A program made the translations under genes and the position numbers. The notes beneath the pieces were generated by a model. That model saw nothing but the letters and a program-made list of their open reading frames with translations. It was not told the DNA's origin and searched no databases. From NCBI GenBank assembly GCA_963668645.2, contig CAXXWC010000001.1, forward strand, positions 96,001-160,000: a DNA stretch of 64,000 nucleotides, given 5' to 3'. This document shows, piece by piece, positions 19,854-30,301 of this stretch (position 1 is its first letter; each line of letters starts with the position of its first letter). This DNA is from Desulfobacterales bacterium (GTDB lineage Bacteria; Desulfobacterota; Desulfobacteria; Desulfobacterales; UBA2174).

Positions 19854-20812
19854 ACGATCCCATCGAACCCATCGATCTTGGCCCCTTAAAGACCTATTCC
19901 ATCTCGGAGCGGCCCAGCAAGGTCTCCCTCGAGCACCTGGGCCGGCCCTGGAGTCCGGGCGGCTCGCTGGCGGACTTCCTGCAGCGGCTGCCCGCCGTCC
20001 TGGCGGCCGGGGATCTCAAGGCTGCCATCCAGGCCCTGGCCCGGGCCGCAGGAAGCGGGAAGATGGTGATCTTCGGCATGGGGGCACATGTGATCAAGGT
20101 GGGGCTCAGCCCCCTGATCATCGATCTGATGGAGCGCGGCGTCATCGGCCTGCTGGCCCTCAACGGAGCCGGGATCATCCACGACCTGGAACTGGCCTTG
20201 GCCGGCAAGACCAGCGAGGATGTGGCCGCAGCCCTGGACGACGGGCGTTTCGGCATGGCCCGGGAAACAGGCCTTTTCCTCTCGACCGCCATCGCCCGCG
20301 CCGGCCGGGACAAAATCGGGCTGGGTGCGGCCGTGGGCCGCGAAATCATCGAGGCCGGCCTGGCCCATGCCGATGCGAGCCTGCTGGCGGCCGGGGCCCG
20401 GCTGCGGATCCCGGTGACGGTCCACGTGGCCATGGGCACGGACATCATCCACATGCACCCGGACTTCGATCCGGCCGCCGCCGGGGCTGCCAGCCACCTG
20501 GATTTCCGGCGTTTTGCCGCCGCGGTCACCCGGCTCGAAGACGGGGTTTACCTCAACCTCGGTTCGGCCGTCATTCTGCCCGAGGTCTTTCTCAAGGCCA
20601 CCAGCCTGGCGCGCAACCTGGGCCACCGCATCGACCGCATCACCACCATCAACATGGATTTCGTGCGCCACTACCGGCCGTTGACCAACGTGGTCAACCG
20701 GCCCACGGCCCGGGGCGGGCAGGGCATCAACCTGGTGGGCCACCATGAGATCATGCTGCCTTTGCTGGCCGCGGGCATCGTCGAAGCCCTCGCCGGTGCT
20801 GGGCAAAGTTGA
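19850..20812 (+). CDS. Conserved hypothetical protein (deoxyhypusine synthase-like fold)
   Basis: GMGAHVIKVGLSP, NGAGIIHDLE, GSAVILPEVFLKA, GHHEIM; overlaps the gmhA stop. Confidence 0.75.
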   Translation: MNDPIEPIDLGPLKTYSISERPSKVSLEHLGRPWSPGGSLADFLQRLPAVLAAGDLKAAIQALARAAGSGKMVIFGMGAHVIKVGLSPLIIDLMERGVIGLLALNGAGIIHDLELALAGKTSEDVAAALDDGRFGMARETGLFLSTAIARAGRDKIGLGAAVGREIIEAGLAHADASLLAAGARLRIPVTVHVAMGTDIIHMHPDFDPAAAGAASHLDFRRFAAAVTRLEDGVYLNLGSAVILPEVFLKATSLARNLGHRIDRITTINMDFVRHYRPLTNVVNRPTARGGQGINLVGHHEIMLPLLAAGIVEALAGAGQS

Positions 20813-20908
20813 TTTTCGGCCAAAGATCCTTATTTTTTTTCGGTGCCTGCCCAAACCCAGGCCCGGAACACAACCTTAAAGACCAACCTCGAACCCGGAG
20901 CCATTCCA

Positions 20909-21142
20909 ATGCCCATCTATGAATATCACTGTGATCAGTGCGGCAAAAACTTCGAATGCCTGGTCTTCGGCAGCGAAACGCCCACCAGCTGCCCCCATTG
21001 CCAGGGCGCCAACGTCCAGCGCCTGATGTCGGCCTGCGGTTTCGTGAGCAAATCGACCGGGGGCCAGACGGTGAGCCGTTCGGCCGGCGCCTCGTCCTGC
21101 AGCGGTTGCAGCGCCACCAGTTGCAGCAGCTGCGGCCACTGA
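20909..21142 (+). CDS. FmdB-family zinc ribbon protein
   Basis: MPIYEYHCDQC...CPHC, Cys-rich tail. Confidence 0.9.
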   Translation: MPIYEYHCDQCGKNFECLVFGSETPTSCPHCQGANVQRLMSACGFVSKSTGGQTVSRSAGASSCSGCSATSCSSCGH

Positions 21143-22080
21143 TGGGACCGACCCTGACCATCGGCACCCGCGGCAGCAAGCTGGCCCTCTGGCAGGCCGA
21201 ATGGGTGCGCGACCGGATCGTTCAATTGCACCCCTCCTGCCGGGTAACCTTGCAGATCATCAAGACCCGGGGAGACAAGATTCTGGATGTCCCCCTGTCC
21301 CGGGTGGGCGGCAAAGGCCTTTTCGTCAAGGAGATCGAAGATGCCCTTCTGGACGGGCGGGTCGATCTGGCCGTGCACAGCATGAAGGACATGCCGGCCG
21401 AACTTCCCGACGGGCTGTGCATCGGCCCGGTTCCCGAGCGGGAGGACCCGGCCGACATTCTCGTCTCGCGCCAGGACCGGAAACTGGATGCGCTGCCTTC
21501 CGGGGCTCGGGTGGGCACCAGCAGCCTGCGCCGGGCGGCCCAGCTCAAACACCGGCGGCCGGACCTGGCCATCGTGCCCCTGAGAGGAAATCTGGATACC
21601 CGTCTGCGCAAACTCGAAGACCCGGACCAGGCCCTGGACGCCATTATCCTGGCCGCGGCCGGGATGCGCCGCCTCGGTCTGGCGGCGCGCATCACCCAGC
21701 GGCTCGAACCGCAGGTTGTTCTGCCGGCGGTGGCCCAGGGAGTCCTGTGCCTTGAAATGCGCCGCAACGATCCGTTTACCGCCGCCTTGCTCGCGCCTCT
21801 GGATCATGGCCCGACGCGCATCGCGGTGCGCGCCGAACGCGCCTTTTTGCGCCGCCTGGAAGGCGGCTGCCAAGTGCCCATCGCCGGGCACGCCACGGTG
21901 GCGGACGATACGGTCCATCTCAACGGCCTGGTATCCGATCTGGACGGTGCCACCGTGATCCGGCAAACCCTTTCCGGGCCGGCGGCCCAGGCACCGGTCA
22001 TCGGCATCGCCCTGGCCGAAGCCCTGCTGGCGGCCGGCGCCCGAGAAATACTGGAAACCCTCAATGCCCAAACATGCTGA
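21142..22080 (+). CDS. hemC: Hydroxymethylbilane synthase
   Basis: IGTRGSKLALWQ, GGKGLFVKEIE, AVHSMKD, GTSSLRR, LEGGCQVP. Confidence 0.97.
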   Translation: MGPTLTIGTRGSKLALWQAEWVRDRIVQLHPSCRVTLQIIKTRGDKILDVPLSRVGGKGLFVKEIEDALLDGRVDLAVHSMKDMPAELPDGLCIGPVPEREDPADILVSRQDRKLDALPSGARVGTSSLRRAAQLKHRRPDLAIVPLRGNLDTRLRKLEDPDQALDAIILAAAGMRRLGLAARITQRLEPQVVLPAVAQGVLCLEMRRNDPFTAALLAPLDHGPTRIAVRAERAFLRRLEGGCQVPIAGHATVADDTVHLNGLVSDLDGATVIRQTLSGPAAQAPVIGIALAEALLAAGAREILETLNAQTC

Positions 22081-23620
22081 AGTCCAAAAGGGAAAGGTCT
22101 ACCTGGTCGGCGCCGGCCCGGGCGATCCGGGTCTGATCACCCTGCGCGCCGTGGAGTGCATCCGCCAGGCCCAAACCCTGGTCTACGATTACCTGGCGGC
22201 CCCGGCCCTGCTCCACCATGCCCCGGCCGGCGCCGAAATGATTTACGTGGGCAAGAAGGGCGGCGACCATACCCTGGGCCAGGAGGGGATCAACGATCTG
22301 CTGGTGCAAAAAGCCGGTGCGGGCCGCGTGGTGGTGCGCCTCAAGGGGGGCGATCCGTTCATCTTCGGCCGCGGCGGGGAGGAAGCCGAAGCCCTGGTGG
22401 CCGCCGGCATCGACTTCGAGGTGGTGCCCGGGGTCACCAGCGCGGTGGCGGCCACCGCCTATGCCGGGATTCCCCTCACCCACCGCCAGTTCACCTCCAC
22501 CCTGGCCTTTGTCACCGGCCACGAGGACCCGACCAAGGCCGACACCAGCATCGACTGGGCCGCCTTGGCCCGGGGGGTCGGCACCCTGGTTTTTTACATG
22601 GGTGTCAAGAACCTGCCGCATATCGTTGAAAGGCTCGTGGCCAACGGCCGGGCGCCGCAGACCCCGGCGGCCCTGGTGCGCTGGGGCACAACGGCCCGCC
22701 AGCGCACCGTGACCGGGACCCTGGCCGACATCGTCCAGCGGGTGGCCGCCGCCGGGCTCAAGGCGCCGTGCATCATCGTCATCGGCGAGGTCGTGCGCCT
22801 GCGCGACACCTTGCAATGGTTCGAGCAGCGCCCGCTTTTCGGCCGGCGCATCGTGGTCACCCGGGCCCGGGAACAAGCCTCGGACCTGCTGGCCCACCTG
22901 GAGGCCCTGGGGGCCGAATGCCTCGAATGCCCCACCATCCGGGTCACTGCCCCGGCCGACGCCGGCGCGGCCCTGGACGGGGCCATCGAGCGTATCGGCA
23001 CCTACCAGTGGATCGTTTTTACCAGCGTCAACGGTGTCAGCCGCTTTTTCGAAAGGCTCTTTGCCAGGGGCCGGGACGTACGCGCCCTGGGCCGGATCAA
23101 GACCGCCGTGATCGGGCCGGCCACGGCCCAGCGCCTGGCCGATTTCGGGCTTTCGAGCGACATCGTACCGCAAAGCTACCACGCCGAGTCGGTGGCAGAA
23201 GCCTTTGAGGGGCTCGATCTGCACGGCGTGCGGGTCCTGCTGCCCCGGGCCGCCGAAGCCCGGCCGGTGCTGCCCGAGGCGTTGGCCCGCATGGGCGCTG
23301 CGGTGGACGAGGTGGTGGCCTATCGCACCGTGCCGGATGAATCGGGGCGCGAGTCCCTGCTGGCGGCCCTGGAAAACGGGCAGGTCGACATGGTGACCTT
23401 CACCAGCAGCTCCACCGTGCGCAACTTCAAGGCGTTGCTGCCCGCAGCCCAGGCCGCAGACCTGATGCACGGGGTCACGGTGGCCAGCATCGGCCCCATC
23501 ACCTCCCAAACCGCCGGTGAACTCGGCCTGCAGGTGGATCTGACCGCCGCCACTTACACCATCGAAGGCCTGGTGGCGGCCATCCTGGACCATTTCAGGA
23601 TACCGCAGGACAAGGGCTAG
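22064..23620 (+). CDS. cobA: Uroporphyrinogen-III C-methyltransferase / uroporphyrinogen-III synthase fusion (CobA-HemD)
   Basis: VGAGPGDPGL, RLKGGDPFIFGRGGEE, then HemD motifs VVTRAREQA, FTSVNGV, FTSSSTV. Confidence 0.95.
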   Translation: MPKHAEVQKGKVYLVGAGPGDPGLITLRAVECIRQAQTLVYDYLAAPALLHHAPAGAEMIYVGKKGGDHTLGQEGINDLLVQKAGAGRVVVRLKGGDPFIFGRGGEEAEALVAAGIDFEVVPGVTSAVAATAYAGIPLTHRQFTSTLAFVTGHEDPTKADTSIDWAALARGVGTLVFYMGVKNLPHIVERLVANGRAPQTPAALVRWGTTARQRTVTGTLADIVQRVAAAGLKAPCIIVIGEVVRLRDTLQWFEQRPLFGRRIVVTRAREQASDLLAHLEALGAECLECPTIRVTAPADAGAALDGAIERIGTYQWIVFTSVNGVSRFFERLFARGRDVRALGRIKTAVIGPATAQRLADFGLSSDIVPQSYHAESVAEAFEGLDLHGVRVLLPRAAEARPVLPEALARMGAAVDEVVAYRTVPDESGRESLLAALENGQVDMVTFTSSSTVRNFKALLPAAQAADLMHGVTVASIGPITSQTAGELGLQVDLTAATYTIEGLVAAILDHFRIPQDKG

Positions 23621-23803
23621 GCCGCCCTGCCGGCTTTGGTCCTGGAACGGGGCGCCATGGCCCCGGAAGTTGAAGTCGGATTTTAAGCCGAAGCGCGGGC
23701 CGGGTCGGTTGGCCCGCCATTTTATCATGGCGTATTTTCAGACATCCGGGGCGGCAAACGGCGCGGCCCCGGCGGATCTTTTGAAACCGAGGCGGACCGA
23801 ATT

Positions 23804-24964
23804 TTGATGGATCCGATCATCTCCCAAATGCCTGGATTTGTGCAGGCCATCGAAGCGATTCGCGAACTGGTCCTGGCCAACCTGCTCCTTTTGGGACAGA
23901 TCCCGGCGCCCACCTTCCAGGAGCAGGCCCGCACCACGGCCTTTCTCGAACGGTTGAGCCAGGCCCAGGTGGACGAATGCGCCACCGACGGGTACCGCAA
24001 CCCCATCGCCATCATCCGGGGCACGTCCCCGGCCCTGGCCCCCATTTTCGTCGTGGCCCATCTGGACACCCTTTTCGGCCGGGAGATCGACCACGATTAT
24101 TCCGTGAACACCGCCGAAATCGTCGGTCCGGGCGTGACGGACAATTCGGTGAGTGTGGCGGTGCTGGCCTCCCTGCCGGAAATCTTTCGCCACTTGAACC
24201 TGAGCTTCGCCTCGGACATCGTTCTGGCCGGGGTGATCCAATCCATCGGCAAGGGAAACCTGCGCGGGATCCGCCACCTGCTCAAAACCTGGCCCACCCC
24301 GATCCGCGGCGCCGTGGTGCTCGAAGGGATCGAGCTGGGCCGGCTCGACTACTATGCCGACGGCATGATCCGCGCCGAGATCGATTGCCGCACCCGCAGC
24401 AACCACGGTCACGAGCCCAGGTTCCGTGCCAGTGCCATCTTAGTGCTCAATGAAGTTCTCAACCATATCCAGGAAATCCGCCTCCCCCAACGGCCCCGTT
24501 CCCGGGTGATCGTGGGCCGCATAGAAGGCGGGGTCAAGCACGGCACCCTCCCCTCGCGGGCCACCCTGGGCCTTGAGATTCAAAGCACGGCCTACGAGAT
24601 GGTCAAATCGATCTACGACGACATCCACGACATCGTCACCGGCATCGGCTACGAGAACGAAGTCGATATGGAGATCAAGACCATCAGCAACACCAAGGCG
24701 GCCCGGCTCCCGTACAATCATCCTCTGGTCAAGAGCGCCGGGCGCATCATCTCCGCCCTGGGCATCAAGCCCACCCTGGCCCACAGCGAATCCGAGTTGA
24801 GCATCTTCCTGTCGCGCCAGATCCCGGCCGTCACGCTGGGACTGACCCACGGCGTCAATCACAACCAGATCGATGCCCGCATGGAGATCGCCCCCCTCTC
24901 GCGGGGTATCGCCCAGGTGATCGGGGTGCTGCTGGCCATGGATAGCGGGGTGTGCGATGGCTGA
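23804..24964 (+). CDS. M20 peptidase-like protein with degenerate metal site
   Basis: AHLDT, GPGVTDNS and a dimerisation domain are present; the EE motif is replaced by QS. Confidence 0.75.
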   Translation: MMDPIISQMPGFVQAIEAIRELVLANLLLLGQIPAPTFQEQARTTAFLERLSQAQVDECATDGYRNPIAIIRGTSPALAPIFVVAHLDTLFGREIDHDYSVNTAEIVGPGVTDNSVSVAVLASLPEIFRHLNLSFASDIVLAGVIQSIGKGNLRGIRHLLKTWPTPIRGAVVLEGIELGRLDYYADGMIRAEIDCRTRSNHGHEPRFRASAILVLNEVLNHIQEIRLPQRPRSRVIVGRIEGGVKHGTLPSRATLGLEIQSTAYEMVKSIYDDIHDIVTGIGYENEVDMEIKTISNTKAARLPYNHPLVKSAGRIISALGIKPTLAHSESELSIFLSRQIPAVTLGLTHGVNHNQIDARMEIAPLSRGIAQVIGVLLAMDSGVCDG

Positions 24965-25964
24965 CACCTGGCTGCGGCGCAACACGTTCCATTACGCCCA
25001 GTTCAAGGACCTGGAGCATCTGGTGGAAGTCAAGGTCCAAAAGGGGCTGACCGTTTCCATCTGCCTGCCGACCCTCAACGAGGAAAAGACCATCGCCAAG
25101 GAGATCATCATCCTGCGCTCGGAATTGATGACCCGCTTCCCGCTGGTGGACGAGATCGTGGTGGTCGATTCAGGCTCCACCGACCGCACCGGCGAGGTGG
25201 CCCGGGCCTACGGCGCGGCCTTTTACCGGGCTGACGAGATCCTGCCCGACCTGGAACAGCGCCGCGGCAAAGGCGAAAACCTCTGGAAGGCCCTCTACAT
25301 CACCCGGGGCGACATCATCTGCTACTTGGATGCGGACATCAAGAACATCCATCACCGTTTCGCCTACGGCCTGATCGGGCCGCTGATCCTCTACGACGGG
25401 ATCAAGTACGCCAAGGCCTTCTATGACCGGCCCCTGGCCGTGGGCCGCAACGTGGTGCGGCCCACCGGCGGGGGCCGGGTCACCGAACTGGTCATCCGGC
25501 CCCTCTTTTCCCTCTTTTTTCCCGAGTTGACCCAGATCCTCCAGCCCCTTTCCGGTGAATACGCCGCCTGCCGCGAACTGCTGGAGCAGATCTCCTTTCC
25601 CATCGGCTATGGGATCGAAACCAGCATGATCCTCGATATCTGGCAGCACTGGGGGCTGGATGTGATGTGCCAGGTGGACCTGGAAAAACGGGTCCACCGC
25701 AACCAGGACACCAAAGCCCTTGGGAAAATGGCATTCGTGGTCATGCAGACCTTCTTCCGGCGCCTCGGCCGCCTGGACCGGCTGACCCTCAAACGCGAGA
25801 TGTTCAACCAGATGATCCAGTACCGGCTGGCAGGAGAAGAGTACGAATCGGATCTTTTCACCTATGGCGGCCACGAGCGTCCCCCGATGATCCAGATCCC
25901 GGCCTACCGCCAAAAATTTCAGCGCGACGAGCCAAACGAGCCGCCCCGGAAGGATTCCCCTTGA
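24957..25964 (+). CDS. gpgS: Glucosyl-3-phosphoglycerate synthase
   Basis: CLPTLNEE, DSGSTD, GKGENLWKAL, DAD, GGGRVTELVIRP, QPLSGEYA, HRNQ. Confidence 0.88.
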   Translation: MADTWLRRNTFHYAQFKDLEHLVEVKVQKGLTVSICLPTLNEEKTIAKEIIILRSELMTRFPLVDEIVVVDSGSTDRTGEVARAYGAAFYRADEILPDLEQRRGKGENLWKALYITRGDIICYLDADIKNIHHRFAYGLIGPLILYDGIKYAKAFYDRPLAVGRNVVRPTGGGRVTELVIRPLFSLFFPELTQILQPLSGEYAACRELLEQISFPIGYGIETSMILDIWQHWGLDVMCQVDLEKRVHRNQDTKALGKMAFVVMQTFFRRLGRLDRLTLKREMFNQMIQYRLAGEEYESDLFTYGGHERPPMIQIPAYRQKFQRDEPNEPPRKDSP

Positions 25965-26025
25965 CCGTTGACCTGTTATTCTGCCATCTGGGGTAATCAT
26001 CAAGGACGTGTTCCAGGAGCATAGA

Positions 26026-27018
26026 GTGACCACCGAAGCCCTTATCGACCGCTTCCAGCGGCATCTGAACTATCTGCGCATCTCGATTACCGACCGCTGC
26101 AACCTGCGTTGCATCTACTGCATGCCGCGCGAATTGATTCCCAGGCTGCAGCATGCCGATGTGCTGCGCTACGAGGAGATTATCCGGGCCGCGGCCGTAG
26201 CCGCCCGGCTGGGCATCACCAAGCTGCGCATCACCGGCGGCGAGCCGCTGGTGCGCCGGGACGCCTGCGATCTTTTGGCCCGGCTCACCGCCCTGCCCGG
26301 AATCCGGGAAGTCTCGCTGACCACCAACGGGGTTCTGCTCGCCGAACGGATCGAGGCCATCCGGGCCGCCGGGGTGCGGCGCATCAACGTCAGCCTCGAC
26401 AGCCTCGACCCCCGGCGCTTCGCCGCCATCACCGGCGCCGACCATTTTCAGCGTGTCTGGGACGGGCTGCAGGCCGCCGCGGCCAGCGGGATGCACCCGG
26501 TGAAAATCAACGTGGTGGCCCTGCGCGGAGTGAACGAAGACGAGCTGGCCGATTTCGCCCGCCTGACCCTCAGCTACCCGTTCCACGTGCGCTTTATCGA
26601 GCACATGCCCATCGGCCAGAGCGACTTCAAGCCTTCGGCAGCCCTGCTGACCCCCGAGATCCAGTCCAAGCTGGCGGTGCTCGGGCCCCTGGAACCGGTT
26701 CCGAGGTCCAGGGACGACGGTCCGGCCCAGCGTTTCCGCCTGCCCGGGGCTTTAGGCGAAATCGGCTTTATCAGCGCCTTGAGCCACCACTTTTGCAGCC
26801 GCTGCAATCGGCTGCGGCTCACGGCCAGCGGCCAGCTGCGCCCCTGCCTGCTCTCGGACCGCCAGGAGGATCTGCGTACCCCGCTGCGCGCCGGGGCCTC
26901 CGATGAAGTCCTGGCCGCCGTCTTTTTGAGCGCCGTGCGCCACAAACCCGACGGCCATCACATCGGCCAAAAGATCCCGGAGGCGGTCTGCGGGCAGATG
27001 TCGGCCATCGGCGGCTGA
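26026..27018 (+). CDS. moaA: GTP 3',8-cyclase
   Basis: YLRISITDRCNLRCIYCMP, FCSRCNRLRLT, C-terminal MSAIGG. Confidence 0.97.
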   Translation: MTTEALIDRFQRHLNYLRISITDRCNLRCIYCMPRELIPRLQHADVLRYEEIIRAAAVAARLGITKLRITGGEPLVRRDACDLLARLTALPGIREVSLTTNGVLLAERIEAIRAAGVRRINVSLDSLDPRRFAAITGADHFQRVWDGLQAAAASGMHPVKINVVALRGVNEDELADFARLTLSYPFHVRFIEHMPIGQSDFKPSAALLTPEIQSKLAVLGPLEPVPRSRDDGPAQRFRLPGALGEIGFISALSHHFCSRCNRLRLTASGQLRPCLLSDRQEDLRTPLRAGASDEVLAAVFLSAVRHKPDGHHIGQKIPEAVCGQMSAIGG

Positions 27019-27041
27019 CAGGAAAAACGGATAGCCCGGCG

Positions 27042-27632
27042 ATGAAGATCCTTGCCGTCAGCGATGTGGTTGAACCTTCGCTCTACAAAGACTTTGATCC
27101 CGGCCGGTTTCCCGGGATCGACCTGGTATTGGCCTGCGGCGATCTGCCCCCCGAGTACCTGCGCTTTCTGGCCAACGCCTTCAATGCACCGATCTACTAT
27201 GTGCACGGAAACCACGACATCCGCCATGAGCGCAATCCGCCCACCGGGGCGATAAACATCCACGGGCGTCTGGTGGACGTCAGCGGACTGCGGGTATTGG
27301 GGCTCGAAGGATCGCGCTGGTACAACGGCGGCCCGTTCCAGTACCGTGAGCGGGAGATGCAGGCCTTGATCCGCCGCCTGCGCTTGCGCATCTGGCTGCG
27401 CGGGGCGCCGCATATCGTCGTAACCCATGCCCCGCCGCTGAACGTGGGCGATGCCGAAGACCGCTGCCACCGGGGGTTTGAAAGTTTCCACGGTCTGATC
27501 AAGCGCTACGCCCCGCGCTACCTGCTCCATGGGCATATCCATCGTTTTTTTGAAAAACCGCAAGATCGGATCACGCGCCTCCATCAAACCCGGGTGGTCA
27601 ACTGCTATGGCTATTTCGTCTTTGATTACTAG
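27042..27632 (+). CDS. Calcineurin-like metallophosphoesterase
   Basis: AVSD, CGDL, HGNHD, THAPP, HGHIH. Confidence 0.9.
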   Translation: MKILAVSDVVEPSLYKDFDPGRFPGIDLVLACGDLPPEYLRFLANAFNAPIYYVHGNHDIRHERNPPTGAINIHGRLVDVSGLRVLGLEGSRWYNGGPFQYREREMQALIRRLRLRIWLRGAPHIVVTHAPPLNVGDAEDRCHRGFESFHGLIKRYAPRYLLHGHIHRFFEKPQDRITRLHQTRVVNCYGYFVFDY

Positions 27633-28731
27633 GCTGCGGGCCCGCTGGGCCGCCAGAGCGAAGATCGCCGCAGATCGATCGCCGATGAAAGACTTCCACG
27701 TCGATCAGCAGCGCGAAGGGGCCTTCGACGCCCGTGAACGCGGCTTGCGGGCCGTGCCCCTGGACCGCATCGTGGGCAGTGTGGGCCGCTATCAGGACTT
27801 TGACGCGCGGTTTCGCTTCAAGGGCACCTCGCCTTCCGAGCGGCTTCAGGGCATCCAGCAGGCCATGACCCAGGGCAAGGCCCTGCCGCCGGTGCGCCTC
27901 TACCAGATCAAGGACGAATACTACGTCTTGGACGGCAATCACCGCATCGCCGCCGCCAAGCAGCTGGGCCACGACGACATCCTGGCCCACATCGTCGAGC
28001 TGGTCCCCTCCAAGGATACCCTGGAAAATCTCATCTTCCGCCAGCGGGCCGACTTTGCCGACCGGACCGGTTTGACGGTCGATATCCGGATGACGGAAGT
28101 AGGCCAGTACGACCATCTGCTGGAACAGATCGAACAGCACCGCCGCCATCTGGCCGAGAGCCGCTCCGGCGATGCGGACACCAAGGCAGCGGCCCAGGAC
28201 TGGTACCGCACCATCTACCGGCCCCTTTGCCGCATCATCGAGCAGGCCGGATTGATGAGCCACTTTCCCGGCCGTAGCGTATCGGATCTGTACGTCTATA
28301 TCAGCCGTCACCAGTGGCAGGAGGGCCGCCCGCGTCACTACGGGCTGGACATCGACCGCCTGATTCCCAAGGACATGGAGGCTTTTCGCACCATGATGGC
28401 CGAATGCAAGGAATCCAACGACTATCCGGAAATGCAGCGCACCATCACCGCCTTCATACTGATGACCGTCCAGGGAAAGCATGAAGCCAAGATCACGCAA
28501 AAACTCTTCGATTTGCCCGAGGTGGAGGAAATTCACTCGGTGCACGGAGATGTGGACCTGCTGATCAAGGTGGTGCTGCACCGTGACCTGCTGGCCTCCG
28601 ACGCCGAGGTCATCAGCCATTTCGTCACCGAGCGGGTCCGCCTGATTCAAGGGGTCAACACCACCAAGACCCTGATTCCCGGCTTCTCGAAGGTTAAACC
28701 GATTTCGCGCGTGCGGGCAGGAGCGGAGTAG
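27607..28731 (+). CDS. ParB/Srx-like N-terminal domain fused to a C-terminal Lrp/AsnC ligand-binding domain
   Basis: IVGSVGRY.DFD, LPPVRLY..YYVLDGNHR; C-terminal VEEIHSVHGDVDLLIKV...GVNTTKTLI. Confidence 0.8.
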   Translation: MAISSLITRLRARWAARAKIAADRSPMKDFHVDQQREGAFDARERGLRAVPLDRIVGSVGRYQDFDARFRFKGTSPSERLQGIQQAMTQGKALPPVRLYQIKDEYYVLDGNHRIAAAKQLGHDDILAHIVELVPSKDTLENLIFRQRADFADRTGLTVDIRMTEVGQYDHLLEQIEQHRRHLAESRSGDADTKAAAQDWYRTIYRPLCRIIEQAGLMSHFPGRSVSDLYVYISRHQWQEGRPRHYGLDIDRLIPKDMEAFRTMMAECKESNDYPEMQRTITAFILMTVQGKHEAKITQKLFDLPEVEEIHSVHGDVDLLIKVVLHRDLLASDAEVISHFVTERVRLIQGVNTTKTLIPGFSKVKPISRVRAGAE

Positions 28732-28765
28732 CATCTTTTGCGCTCCGCAAGACGCCATCGAACAG

Positions 28766-28796
28766 AAAACGGCCCCCAGGTTCTGGGGGCCGTTTT
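28766..28796. terminator. Bidirectional intrinsic terminator
   Basis: AAAACGGCCCCCAG-GTT-CTGGGGGCCGTTTT between convergent operons. Confidence 0.85.
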
Positions 28797-28996
28797 AAAT
28801 TCCCACCCGGGCCGCCCCTGCAAGAGGCTACATCCACTCTGACAGGATCGAAATGCGGCCGGGGATCCGGTCCGGCAGCCGGTGCTGCCTTTCCGTGGCG
28901 GTTCGTGGCCTGGGGAAAGGCTTCGGCGGGCCGAAAAACATGGCAGGCTTGCGTAGCAGATTCACCGCACGCGGTCAAGCGATTCGTGCCTGTGGC

Positions 28997-30301
28997 TCAA
29001 CGGATCAAACCCGGCAGACCGGTGACCACCCAGGGGCAGAGCATCAGGATCAGGGTACAGATCAGATAGGCCGGCAGAAAGTAGGCCACTCCCCGGAACA
29101 CGTCCTCCAGGGGCACATCCTGGGCCATGCCGCCCACGACGTAAGTGGTGGCGCCCACCGGCGGGGTGACAGCCCCCATGGTGGTGATCACGGTGATGGT
29201 CACGGCGAACCAGAGCGGATCGTAACCCAGTTCGAGGGCCACCGGAAAAAAGACCGGTATGGTGATCAGCAACAGGGCCAGGGCGTCCATGACCGCGCCG
29301 CCGATCACGAAAATGCCGAAGATCAGGGCCATGATAAAAACCGGGGGCACCGGCAGCCCCACCACCCAATGGGCGATGTCGAAGGGGATGCGCGTGACGG
29401 CCAGAAAGCGGCCGAAGATGGTGGCACCGGCCACGATCATGATCACCATGCACGAGATGCGCAGGGTTTCCTCCACCGCGGCCAGGAATCCACGCCAGTC
29501 GAGCCGGCCCTGGACCGTCCCGATCACAACGGCCAAAAAGCTGCCCGCGGCACCGGCCTCGGTGGGTGTAAAAACGCCGAAGTAGAGTCCCAGCATCACC
29601 AGGGCGAACAGGAGCAGCATCTCCAGGGCACCGGTCAGGGAACGGAGCCGCTCGGAGATCAAAAACCGCGGACCGGCCGGTCCCCAGTCCGGGTGCAACC
29701 GGCAGATCACGGCCACCGAAAGGATCATCAGCACGGCCAGGACGAGTCCGGCGCCCACCCCGCCGTAAAACAGCCGGGCGATGGACTGCTCGGTGGAAAG
29801 CCCGATGACGATGAGCACCACACTGGGGGGAATCACCACCCCCAGGGTGGACCCGCAGGCCACCGCACCGGTGCTCAGCTTGGGGTGGTAGCCGTACTTT
29901 TTCATCTCCGGCAGGGCCACGGTGGTCATGGTGGCGGCCGTGGCGGCGTTGGAGCCGCAGATGGCGGAAAAAGCACTGCAGGCCATCACGGTTGCCATGG
30001 CCAGGCCGCCGCGGATATGCCCCACCCAGTAGTAGGCGGCCCGGTATAGTTTCTGGTTGACCCCGGAGTGAAAAGCGATCTGCCCCATGAAGATGAAAAG
30101 GGGAATCACCGTCAGCCCGTAGCTGGAGAAGGTGTCCCAGAGGGCCGAGCCGAACATGTTCAAGGCGGCCGGCAGCGACACGATGTAGCCGAAGCCCACC
30201 ACCCCCACCAGCGCCATGGCAAAGCCCACCGGGGTGCCGAGAAAAAAGAGCATCCCCAGCAGCACCGCGATCCCCACCATTCCGATCGCGGCCAGACTCA
30301 T
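28997..30301 (-). CDS. dctM: TRAP transporter large permease
   Basis: IPLFIFMG, GGLAMATV, GSTLGVVIPPS, FTPTEAGA, TPPVG. Confidence 0.93.
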   Translation of the reverse strand: MSLAAIGMVGIAVLLGMLFFLGTPVGFAMALVGVVGFGYIVSLPAALNMFGSALWDTFSSYGLTVIPLFIFMGQIAFHSGVNQKLYRAAYYWVGHIRGGLAMATVMACSAFSAICGSNAATAATMTTVALPEMKKYGYHPKLSTGAVACGSTLGVVIPPSVVLIVIGLSTEQSIARLFYGGVGAGLVLAVLMILSVAVICRLHPDWGPAGPRFLISERLRSLTGALEMLLLFALVMLGLYFGVFTPTEAGAAGSFLAVVIGTVQGRLDWRGFLAAVEETLRISCMVIMIVAGATIFGRFLAVTRIPFDIAHWVVGLPVPPVFIMALIFGIFVIGGAVMDALALLLITIPVFFPVALELGYDPLWFAVTITVITTMGAVTPPVGATTYVVGGMAQDVPLEDVFRGVAYFLPAYLICTLILMLCPWVVTGLPGLIR

